Assembly: GCF_009914755.1 (NCBI RefSeq)
Contig: NC_060929.1
DNA length: 64,000 bases
Reading direction: 5' to 3' (one strand)
DNA from: the human T2T-CHM13v2.0 reference genome, Homo sapiens
Shown: positions 15,320-29,030 of the stretch, one piece after another
Layout: every line of letters begins with the position of its first letter
Numbering within the stretch: the first letter of the stretch is position 1
Notes under the pieces: generated by a model
Database searches by the model: none
What the model was told of the DNA's origin: nothing
The model's input: only the letters and a program-made list of their open reading frames with translations
Made by a program: the position numbers and the translations under genes

Positions 15320-16689
15320 GGCCAACTAGTTTCAAGGTTGCTATCTGGAATCCTACCTCCCCAGGCACCCTCCTGGTCACAGCATGACCTCTAACAGAGG
15401 GGCAGATCTGTAGCCTTAGTTGTACCCAGACAAATTTGGTTTGGCTTTCATGGTATTTTGAAATTGGTTTTCATGTCAAAATCCTGTTTGCTGGCTTCTC
15501 TTGAAAAATCAGAAAACTTGGCCACATTGAGTTATATTCCTGAATGTCAAGTGGCTGGATCTGAATGAGTAGTGCTCCCTTTGCACAGAGCATGTTATCT
15601 GATATGCCTCAGTCCCTACCACTTCCCACCATCCCCCGCAACCACACCCCAAGAGAAAATATGAGCTAAAAGGCAGATATAGATATAGGTGTTCTGGTCT
15701 TGACCCTACCACTCATTTCCTGTGGCTCCTTGAACAGGTGTCTACATCTCTTAGGAAGAAGAGAATAATGAGATGATGTATGCAGAGCACTGGCAGAAAG
15801 CCTAGCATAGAGGAATCTGAGGATTCGCCATGCATGCTTCCTGGTATATAGTACTAGTTCTTGTCAATGGCACAGAGACTTGAAGACTGTATATAAATGG
15901 ACACACCTACTAGAATGTAAGCTTCATATGCACAAGGACTTTAAAAAATCTGTTTTGCTTATTTCTACATCCCCAGGGCCTAGAGCAGTCCCTGGCACAT
16001 GGTAGGCCATAGGCCCTCAGTAAATGTGTTGAATGAATATGTGGATTTAATATTTCCCTGACTTATTTTCTTATGTCATGTGCTAAGTCATCGGTCCATT
16101 TTAAAAATATAAATGCAAATAGACTTATAAGCTGATTATTTCTAATTTATATGTGTTGAATTTATTTTCTTAATTACTGAAAAGATTAAAAAGCAGAAGG
16201 ATGCTTCATAGTTGACGGAACTTCATTGCCATAGTCATTTGACTCACAGCCTGGGAGAAAAATGTATTCTTCTTCTAGGTTGATTTTCTAAGATCACTAT
16301 CAGAAGGCCAGGCTACTTCAGGAATCAAGTCAAAATTAAAAACACATGCATTTATGTGATACCTCTTGAGAACGCAAGTTGCTGTACAAACACATTTAAA
16401 GCATTAAGTGCTCCCTGATGCCCTTTCCTCAGAAGTAGTACTTCCAGAAAGGAGAGTGCATTTAGGTAAAACCAATGGCAGGTTCTATGCAATGATATCA
16501 ACATGGCTCAACCTCTGAGTGCCAGAATTTGCTTCTCATTAGATACAACTTTTCTGGAAATACAAGAGAAGGTAAGTTGATTTCCAAGTGAATTCAAGCC
16601 TATGAATTCACAGGTTCATAGCTGTATTACATTACAGAACCTTTCAATAGGAGGAGCTTTCAGGAAGCTTGTGGTTTCAGTATTGGTGG

Positions 16690-17580
<891 letters not shown>

Positions 17581-17621
17581 AATTGGAATTTGAAAACATA
17601 GATCAGAAAAAGAGCCAGAAG

Positions 17622-17752
17622 GGCCGGGTGCAGTGGCTTATGCTTGTAATCCCAGCACTTTGAGAGGCTGAGGTGGGTAGATCACTTGAGCCCAGAGTTC
17701 AAGACCAGCCTGGGCAACATGGTGAAACCTGTCTCTACAAAAAAAACAAAAC

Positions 17753-17808
<56 letters not shown>

Positions 17809-17853
17809 TTAGCTGGCTGCGGTGGTGTGCACCTGTAGTCCCAGCTACTCGGG
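17622..17853 (+). mobile_element. AluJ, 3'-truncated, with a (CA)~25 microsatellite in the A-rich linker (~17756-17805)
   Basis: Left monomer, CA tract, then a partial right monomer. Confidence 0.85.
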
Positions 17854-18860
17854 GGAGAAATTGAAATGAACCAGAGGCCAAGTCTCAGTGAACTTCTCCA
17901 GTGCTTTAAACCTCTCTATACTTGACTGAGGGAGAATTCTGATAGTATTTGCGATTGAGCCTGGGAGCTCCACAATTATATTGTTCAATTGGTGCAGACT
18001 TTCATTCAGTAGAGTTACTGAGTGCCTGTGCATGCCATGTACCAGCAAGTGGACAGGCTTTCTCATTTTCAGGAGGGGTTGCTTCTAGTCCCTGGTCAGC
18101 CCTTCTTCACCCTTTGGGGCTACACCATTGCCTTCTGACCCAGCCTGAATACTTCTGCCAAGTGATTCTTCCCAAACACTGCATTCCATTCTCATTTCCC
18201 ACTTCAAGGAACTTCAGTGGTTCCCTAAGTTTTCATATTGAATCTATTCTCATCTGCTCAGTCCTTAATAAAACTAATAATAAAAACTAAGTTTAAGGCA
18301 CTTACAATGGGCCAGGCATCATGCTTACATTTCATAGGTTGCTCAGTTCATCTTCAAAGTGACACTATAAAGCAGATATCAATCTTATTCCTATATTTTT
18401 TGGACGAGGAAACCAATGCACAGAAAGATTAAGTAACTCACTCAAAGTCACATGGTCAATATGTGGTGATGGAGTCCAAATGCAATCCTGTCCCTCTGGA
18501 TCCAGACTCCATGCTCCTCCCAGAAGATTCTACTGTCTCAAAAGCTCTCCCACAGTCTGCTCCATCTCTATCTTATTTCCCACAACTCCCCAGTTTCCAC
18601 GGTTCAGTTAGGCTGGTCTTACAGCTATGCCCACCATTACCTAATTTCATTGTCTTTGCTTTTTTTGTTTAATCATGCATCCATTCATTCAACAAAGCGT
18701 GGCTGATCTTACACTATGCTGATAATTTCATTATTATCTTTGCTCATTCATTCATTCATCTAGCCAGTGAATATTTACTGAGCCCCTGCCCCAGCTGCTC
18801 AGATCACCGCCCTGACCCAGAATGTTCTCCTCACCTACCACCTCTCCAAATCCTATCTTT

Positions 18861-19184
18861 TTTTTGTTTTTGTCTTTGTTTTTTGTTTTGTTTTGTTTCT
18901 CTGTGATGGAGTCTCGCTCTGTTGCCCAGGCTGGAGCGCAGTGGCACAATCTTGGCTCATGGCAACCTCCACCTCCTAGGTTCAGGCGATTCTTCTGCCT
19001 CAGCCTCCTGAGCAGCTGGGATTACAGGCATGCGCCATGACGCCTGGCTACTTTTTGTACTTTTAATAGAGATGGGGTTTCACCATGTTGGCTAGGCTGG
19101 TCTTGAACTCCTGACCTCAAGTGATCCACCCACCTTGGCCTCCCAAAGTGCTGGGATTACAGGCGTGAGCCACTGTGCCTGGCC
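18861..19184 (-). mobile_element. AluSz/Sx
   Basis: TSD aatcctatcttt at 18849-18860 and 19185-19196. Confidence 0.9.
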
Positions 19185-21437
19185 AATCCTATCTTTCAAG
19201 GCTCTGCTACAGACCCTTCCTTTCATGTATCCCACCTTAGCCAATGCAGCTGGCATGGCCCCTCTTTCCATGAACGCTGCGGGCATGGAAGGACATGACA
19301 TAGTTTAGCATTCAATTTCACAGCAGCCTGGCAAGGTCTCACACTGTCTTATCTTCCCATCAGAAATTGGATGCCTGACCAAGCCAGGGCACATGCTCCT
19401 TCTGTATCCATCAGTCTTGAGTGTACATTAGGCATCCAAGAAACATTCTTTCATCCAGTTGTTCAGAGAACAAATGTGGTCCAATAAAAATACAATGGTT
19501 TAAAAAATGGCCCTTTAAAAAATATTACGAATCTGGGTTCTCTTTCTTTGCCCTGGAATTCACCTAAAGTTTATGATAGTCTTGTGAGGTAGGTATTATT
19601 ATCTCTATTTTACAGATAAGGCAGAGACTCAAAGAAGGTGAGTAACTTGGCCAAGTTCACAAAATGGATAAATCTCAGAACACAGGCTCCCAACGACTGC
19701 ACCATGTTGCCTCCACAGTCCTTGGACAGTTCTCCCGAATGAACAAATATTGAAAATTCATTGTTACTTCTGTGACTAATGGACTTTCACAGCAAATATG
19801 CTTGGCCAGGACCTTGTACCCTGACATTTTTCTTTTATTTCCAGGAATGGAAACCCACACTGCTGTTGTGAAGACACCTGATGAAACTCCAGCAACTTCT
19901 ACATCTGGCCTGCTGCTTAGTCCTGGGACCTGAGGTCAAAATCTTAGAAAAGAGCCATGTGAGATGCATTCCCTGGCCTCATCTCTGTTCTTGGATGCTG
20001 TCAGCAACACTCCTTGAGTTTTTACCCACATAATAACACTTTCCTCAGCATGGATGTGGAGGTGGGGGTGAGGAATGTTCTATTTTTCCTTCGATGGTTA
20101 CGCCCTCACCCTACCAACTCAGTAAAAGGGGAGTGGTCAGGGAGCGTACTGAGAATGTGTCCTAGCATCTTTTCTTCCCTAGCACAGCCTTCATATGACC
20201 CAGCTGCCATGAGAAGCTTGCCTCCCTTCTAAGGGAATTACCCCTGCCTTCCACTCCATCCTCACCTTGCCCTGCCCAGATTAGAGGCACGGAGGCATGT
20301 ACCACAGGCCTGAAAAACTGTCCAGCCAAAAAGCCTGACTGCCTTGAGTACTATCAGGGTGTAGTTATGGACGTGCCTGTTTCTGCTCTTCCCTCTGCAT
20401 TAGTGCTCTGCAAAGGGTGGCTCTTACCCTCAGATGGTCCAGAGGTAGTTTGGGGTGTGCATGGATCACCTTCACTCTTCAGAGGCAAACAGACAATGCT
20501 GCTCTTCTCCAACAGCCTCTGAAGGACACCACCTACTGACTGGTTCTGAGATGTTTGCTGCCCCAGAGTCTCCCACCTGCTTCTTCCTCCCCCTCAGTCC
20601 TTTTTTGTAGCCTCTCAGCCTCCCTTCTCTTAATGCTCTTAGCACCCTTTCCTGGGTCTCTATTTACCCTGCCCTCCCTTTCAGCAACTCCTTCCCAAAC
20701 CACTGCATACTTCTCCTTTCTTTCCAATCCCTCCTCCCTTCCCAGCACTTTCGCCCTCCATTGAATCCCTCAAGCCTCATTCTGGCCCCACTCCTCCCCT
20801 CACCCTCTATCCCTGCCCTCCTCAGATCTGCCAAACACCTCAGGCCTGGCTGCCTCTGTCCTGTTCCTACCAACCTTCTGACCATGCCTCTGTGCTCCTT
20901 GGGACCTGGGCTCACATTTTCAATCTCTTCTCTCCTATTAGTACAGCTCTGTCTAGAGCCATGGTTCTTCTCTACCTTTCACAGCTGTCTTCTTTCCCAC
21001 TTATATGAGTTTCTTTAAGTGTGAAAATTAAAAAGTGCCACTTAAATACAATGATTAAGTCATAATAAACAGTACAAGTTGTACTTATGTGAGACATACC
21101 ACCCATACACGTTTGATCTTCGAGAACCACATCTCAATCTGCCCATGGCCCATTGCCTGACACTAAAAGATGCTCACAAGAAGTTGACTATAAACTAACT
21201 TCTTGGTCTAAGATCCTAAACTCTTGAGAGGGAAGGTTTCAATACATATGAAACCTTCTTGGCAGTGCAGGGATGAGGAGAGTAAAACTGAAATGAAAGT
21301 CAGCAAATAGTGAAGGTGTGAAATAGGCAGTGACTCTCACACTGAGACCTCCAGGGGATGTTAAATTTTCATTTCGAAGCTGATAGTCTTATCTGGGAAG
21401 CCTAGAGAGTAACAAAAGTTGTAGGCATATACTTATA

Positions 21438-21519
21438 TTAGAGTGGTGCAAAAGTAATTGCTGTTTTTGCCATTTAAAAAAAAAATGCAAAAACCACAAT
21501 TACTTTTGCACCAACCTAA
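21438..21519. mobile_element. Full-length MADE1 MITE with TA target-site duplication
   Basis: ta|ttagagtggtgcaaaagtaattgctgtttttgc...gcaaaaaccacaattacttttgcaccaacctaa|ta. Confidence 0.92.
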
Positions 21520-21879
21520 TAGCAAGCAAGGGGAGGAATATGGAGAGAAAATCAATTTCTAAAATGAAAAATAAAAAATTTTTTGCAAGTAGGACTTGCA
21601 AGCTCATTCTAGGCCTTGCTCTGGGAGCTTTTCGGTAACTTCTCTTCCTGTTGGAACAGAAGAAGGAAACCTTCAGGACAGAAGATTCTGTCCCCCTTCC
21701 CCCTCCTGATGTGAATGAAGTCTCATTACACTCTAAAGTACTGGCGGGACTACTTGTTGCAAGGTTTATGGGGAAAAGTAGCCAGAGAGCAATCCAGTTA
21801 TCAGCCTCAGCCCCATTCCGCTCAGGTACAGCTCGGGAAGTAAGCCCCCAACCCTAGTTGGGTCTGGACCAACAAGACA

Positions 21880-23050
21880 CGAGGAGGCAGCAGCCCACAG
21901 CCGACCCCTCATGCCACGCACTGAGCAGGGTTCCGCATGGACGCTGGTCTTGCCTCCCAGGCGCCTGAACTAGCGGAGTTGGGGTATCGGGTGGAGTCTC
22001 GGAGAACCAATCCAATCTGAGGGGGACGCCTGTGGGAGTCCTAAGTATCCAGCGCAGCTGGGAGGCCCACGTTGGGAAGTCGGAGACCGACCCCGCCTCC
22101 CGACTGCGCCGACTGCAAGAGAGCGCTTCCGGCGGCGCTTGGAGGCCGAGCAGTTGGGGGCGGGGCTCGTGCTGTGACGCAAGCCTCGCCTCGCCCCGCG
22201 CCGCGCGCGTTGCCAGGGTGATCAGGTGACTCCCGGTTCGCGGCGCTGGGAGCGGCCGTGACGTCAGGCGCCCGGCTGCTCCTCACTTGCTCTGAGACAG
22301 GTGCGGCAAGTCTACTGCGGGCTGGTCCGGGCTCCTCAGGTTCAGACCCGACCGTTATCCAGTCGGTTCGTGGAGAGGAGAGGTGAGGTGCAGCGGACCT
22401 GGCCCGACCCAGCTGGGACCAGGGCGGGGATCAGGCACGGACAGGGCGCGTCCCCGGGCTCCCTGGGGAGCGCCCTGAGAACTGGGGGGCACCCGGGCTG
22501 GCCTGGCTCAGGCAGGGGTTCGCGCAGCCCCTGGGGAGGGGCAGGGAGGCAGGGAAGCTGCTGCCGCCAGCTGGATCCCTCCCGGCGCCCCGCGGCTACT
22601 CTGGGGCTCCTGGTCGCCGCGCCGCGCGTCTCGGCGGTGGACTCACAGGGTCTCCGCGTCGCTGCGGTTCTCGTCTCACGAGGAGTCGGCGGGCTCGGAG
22701 CGGGGCTCGCCACACCCCGTCCCGGGGGACGTCCGCGGGAGGCTTCTGGATTTCTTCGCCTTGGGCTGCGATTTCTGAGGCGCTGCTCTGCCTATTCCGA
22801 GCTGGGCCAGCCGGGGGCAGGGGGCAGGTCGCGAGTCCCGCGGGTGGGAGCGGAGCGGAAGTAACTAGTGACTGGAAGTAACTAGGGAACGCAAAGCCGG
22901 CGCTCGGAGGCCGGGGTGTTCAGAGAAGGCGTTGCGGGGGAAAGGAATCCCGGCTGCTGTTGAGAGCCGTGGATTGGGATCTGAGCGGACCTGTTGGAGG
23001 AAGTGAAATCTGAGCGGGGTCCTGACGGGTGGGAACTAATCTCCCGGTAG
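21880..23050 (+). promoter_or_regulatory. CYSTM1: CpG-island promoter of CYSTM1
   Basis: High GC and CpG density. Tandem CCAATCCAAT 22007-22016, ETS CTTCCGG 22126-22132, GC box 22156-22165, TGACGCAA 22175-22182, RFX-like GTTGCCAGGGTGAT 22209-22222, perfect CRE TGACGTCA 22259-22266; no TATA box. Confidence 0.9.
22285..22382 (+). other. CYSTM1: CYSTM1 exon 1 (5'UTR, no AUG); TSS approximate
   Basis: Inside the CpG island. Initiator-like CTCACT at 22282-22287 just 3' of a CRE; strong donor GAG|gtgagg at 22382/22383. Confidence 0.8.
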
Positions 23051-23274
23051 CAGTGGAGGTTGCAGGGGGGAGAGAAGGAGGGGAGGACCCCTGGGGAAGG
23101 AGACCATGAGGAAAAACGATTTGGGGACTGACTGGACCGTCTGCTGGGCTGTTTTGGGGGAAAAAAAGTTTGGAGAATTAGGTTAGGGAGGATTAGGAAA
23201 GGACCCTTGAGTGCCCACCTGAGAGGCACTGTGTGCTGTGGGGAGCCATTGAAACGTTGGCTAGATTGGGGTAG

Positions 23275-23326
23275 GGGGAACACTGAGGAAGTTGGTGTGA
23301 GGGGAACACTGAGGAAGTTGGTGTGA
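23275..23326 (+). repeat. Perfect 26-bp tandem duplication
   Basis: ggggaacactgaggaagttggtgtga x2. Confidence 0.95.
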
Positions 23327-23884
23327 CATTCCGGCAAAAAGGTGACAACACTCTTCTCTGATGGGATTCCTCAAACCCTGCTTATGAAATACTTGTAACC
23401 GACAAGGGTAGGGGCTCAGGCAGCCAGGTGCCTTTTTCAGCCATTGTTGGCAAATTTTTAGAAATTAAACAAAAAATAATTGTACATATTTATAGATTTA
23501 TACAATATGATACATGTAAACTTTGTGGAGTAACCATGTTAGCAGATTTTTAAAAATTCCTTTTTATGAAAGGACCCACCCAAGGGCAGCTCATTTTCGA
23601 GTATCTCATTTGACGGGATTTAATGACTGGTTGGGAGCTATGCCCCCCTCAGTATGCAGGGAGATTATAGCGTCCACAACACTTTGCCCTTCAGAGGTTT
23701 CAGAGTGACTTACAAACACCTTGTATCCCTAGGGTGAAACCCAAACCCCAAATGACTGGTAAGAGATTTAATAGGGGGAAGTTATTAAAGGAGAACCAGC
23801 ATCCAAACATTCATGTGGGGCATTGGATTCGCTGAAAGGAGTCCCATACTATTTGTTGATTGTAGATCAAAGATCTCTAGACCT

Positions 23885-24490
<606 letters not shown>

Positions 24491-25538
24491 AGCTGTCTAT
24501 TTTATATTGAAACTTACCAAAGTCTGTTTTCTGGGAGGTAGTGAAATTATTTTGTATTTCTTTGACTCCAGAAAACAGAATTGGACCTCCAGGGATCCTG
24601 TACAGTGAAAGGCAGGTTTGGGAATTGCGAAGGAAGGTGGCCGCAGCTGGTTTGTGCGTAAATATAGAAACCGGTGCAGCACTCAAAGGAGTGCAAATCC
24701 AGGGTGAGACCTGGGGAAACGGGACTTCCAGTCAGATCAGTGAAGTCATTCTCTGTAAAAGAAGCCCCGAAGTGTGTAAAAGGCCAGAGTAGTTTTTTCC
24801 CCGTGTGTTCCTGTTGAGTGGTAGAGATTATGATAGTGATTTTTAAGGGGCTTTGCAGGAGCTTGTTAATATTAAGAATCGCTGGAAATCAGATGTCTTG
24901 GCCTCATTAAAAAATTTAGAAAAGTAACTGTTTTCCAAATCTCTTTGATACTATTTGAAGTGGCCAACTAATTATGGTTCCTTTGGAAAGAAACAGTCCA
25001 CCCCCTCCTTTCCCAAACAAAATAACTATGTGCTGTCAGGGCAGTTAAGTAGGCCAAAAGTTTTTGGAAATTTTCTGCTTTCATTCACCCAAGCCACCCC
25101 CACAAGTTTTCTCATTGGTAGAGAACTTAAGACTTTACTGTCAGGAAAAAAATGTTAGTGTGTTTCCCTAAATACAAACTATAATAAACAACAGGGCTGG
25201 CCTTTAATAGAAATGCTCTTTCTTAAGGGGGACTGGGCTGAGGTGAAAGGCAGGGCTGGGGTATGGGCTGGAGCATTTTGAGCTCACATTTGTCAACTAA
25301 GGCCTTGAGCAGGGCACTCCTTTCTTGGCATGGAAACTTTCTTTGACCTTGAATGCGGGTCAGTACCTCCTCACAGAGGTACCAAGGAGAATTAATGAGA
25401 GGCTTATATGAAATTTGAGCTCCTCCAAAGCAGAATATTTTAATTCTTGGATGAATGGTATATTTTGAGATGTGATAAAAGTTTTTTAAAAGAGTTTGAA
25501 GTTCTAAGTTTTTGGAAAAGCCCTATTCAAGTCCTTCC

Positions 25539-27087
<1,549 letters not shown>

Positions 27088-28604
27088 TAACCTGGTCTTG
27101 GCTTTTTTTGGAGTGCCTGGAGTAAACCAGTAACAGAAGGCTGTGGAACTGGCAGCCTATGACCCAGCATCTTTTTTAACAGCAAGAGTATTATCAGAAA
27201 GTGTCACAGCCCTCAAAGGAGTAAGTTATTAAGCTGGTCAGAGACAAAAGGGAGTAAGATTGTTCAGTAAATTGGATGAGGAGTGAAATAGTCATCTTTT
27301 AAAATTTCCCTCACCTGTGTCAGGCCACCAGTCCTGTCACTCAATCTAGTAGGATTCGAGTGCTTGCTGATGTGCCCAGGGACACTACGTACTGAACTAC
27401 AACATCCATCTTTTAGACTTCTGACATTTGTTGGCCAGGTCAAGCTCTCTCTCATGAGGGAAATTCTGACAGAAAAGGCTTTCTGTTATCTGTAGGCTTA
27501 GCTGAGTGCCATGTTTCAGGCTTCCAAGCTCCTCACGCTTGGCCAAGGCTACTAATTGGCTTGGCTATAAAATGGGAGTCAGCAATTAAACAGCAGTAGT
27601 ATAAAGCAAGGGAATTGAACATAAACTGACCCTCCCACTTTACAACCAAAAATGTTCACACCATTTTGGGCACTACACAAAGGAGTCTTCAAAAGGAAGT
27701 GAGCTTGGAATGATTCCTTTATAGCTTTTAGGAGATGTATGTGGAATATTATTATTGATTTAGGCCTCCAAGTCAGATCTTGGAAACTGGGTAGGTCCTC
27801 ACATCTAAAGCAAAGGAGACAAATGGTTTGAATCCAGTCTCTGTGGGCAGCAAGCTTGTGGTATGACTTTGCCAAAACAACAGATGATTTATATTTTTCT
27901 AAACTCTTTTCATTAAATGGTTTAAGGGAGAATATTGATGGTCATGGTGGGAGGAGGGTTTGATCTACCTGAATTTACTCACTGAAGAGTAAATGCCTTA
28001 TTCAGAGGTTCCTATCACTAGTTTCCTGATTATTTGTACTAAAGAATCATTAGCCAGTCTCAAGAGCATTGGCTCAGAAAACATCGTAACTGAAAACTAT
28101 CTAGGCATGCTTCTTATTCAGAGAAAAGTAGGGATGGGAAACAGTTGAACTACAAAGACATTTGGGGAGAGGAAGACCTGGGAAATGGTGCTAGACTTCT
28201 GCCACGTTAAACGTTTAATGCTGCACGCAGTACTTTACTGGTCAGCTTTCAGTTTCAGAATCTTAGGCAGAGTCAGTTGGGGAGAAAGTGTGTGAAGAGG
28301 GGGACATTTGTAAGAATGTGGCTATTCTGTGAGCCCTTATTGTTAAGTCGAATACTTAGTGCTTTCCTGCTGCCACTAGCTTCCTGGACACTCCAGACTT
28401 TGCCCTTCTGCCTCTTCCCCACTAACAGCCTTTCCTCCCCAACACCACGCTCTCTAAAGCCAATCTAATCTTTGATCGCAGTTTCTGCACCCTTCTGGCT
28501 CTGCTAACTTTGTTGAACTAATTTTTGGTGGCCTTTAATGTCTGGTGGTGGCTGTGTGAGAAACTAATGAGGGATAATTGTATTTACTTACTGATTATTA
28601 TTTT

Positions 28605-29030
28605 GCTTTAGGGACAATCTGCCAGACTGGAGTGCATGGCATGATCATAGCTCAGTGCAGGCTCAAACTCCTGGGCTCAAAAGATCTTCCCACCTCAGTC
28701 TCCTGAGTAGCTAGGACTACAGGCACATATCACTGTGCCTGGTTAATTTTTTATTTATATTTCATAGAGATGGGGGTCTCACTATGTTGCCCAGGCTGGT
28801 CTCAAACTCCTGAGCTCAGGCAATCCTGCTGCATGAGCCACTGCACCTGCAAGAGCCACGGGGGCCACTGCCACTGCAAGATAGCAGGACCCCCGTCTGT
28901 ATTTTTTGCTATGTTGACTAGGTCTTGCTATGTTGACTAGGCCATTCTTAAAGTCCTAGCCTCAAGGGATCCTCCTGCCTCAGCTTCCCAAAGTGCTGGG
29001 ATCACAGGCGTGTGACACCACCTTCGGCCG
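28605..29030 (-). mobile_element. Rearranged AluJ plus Alu fragment
   Basis: Alu reverse complement broken by locally repeated segments at ~28835-28941. Confidence 0.75.

Noticed and set aside
21178-21258. Two short inverted repeats (8 bp and 10 bp arms) upstream of MADE1
   Set aside because: Lengths expected by chance in 64 kb; no other support.
22301-22864. 187-aa ORF over the CpG island, and antisense ORFs 22342-22713 and 22882-23337
   Set aside because: It runs through the exon 1 donor into GC-rich intron, and its Gly/Arg/Ala/Pro composition is typical of chance CpG-island ORFs. Only the exon 1 part is of interest (see the CUG finding).
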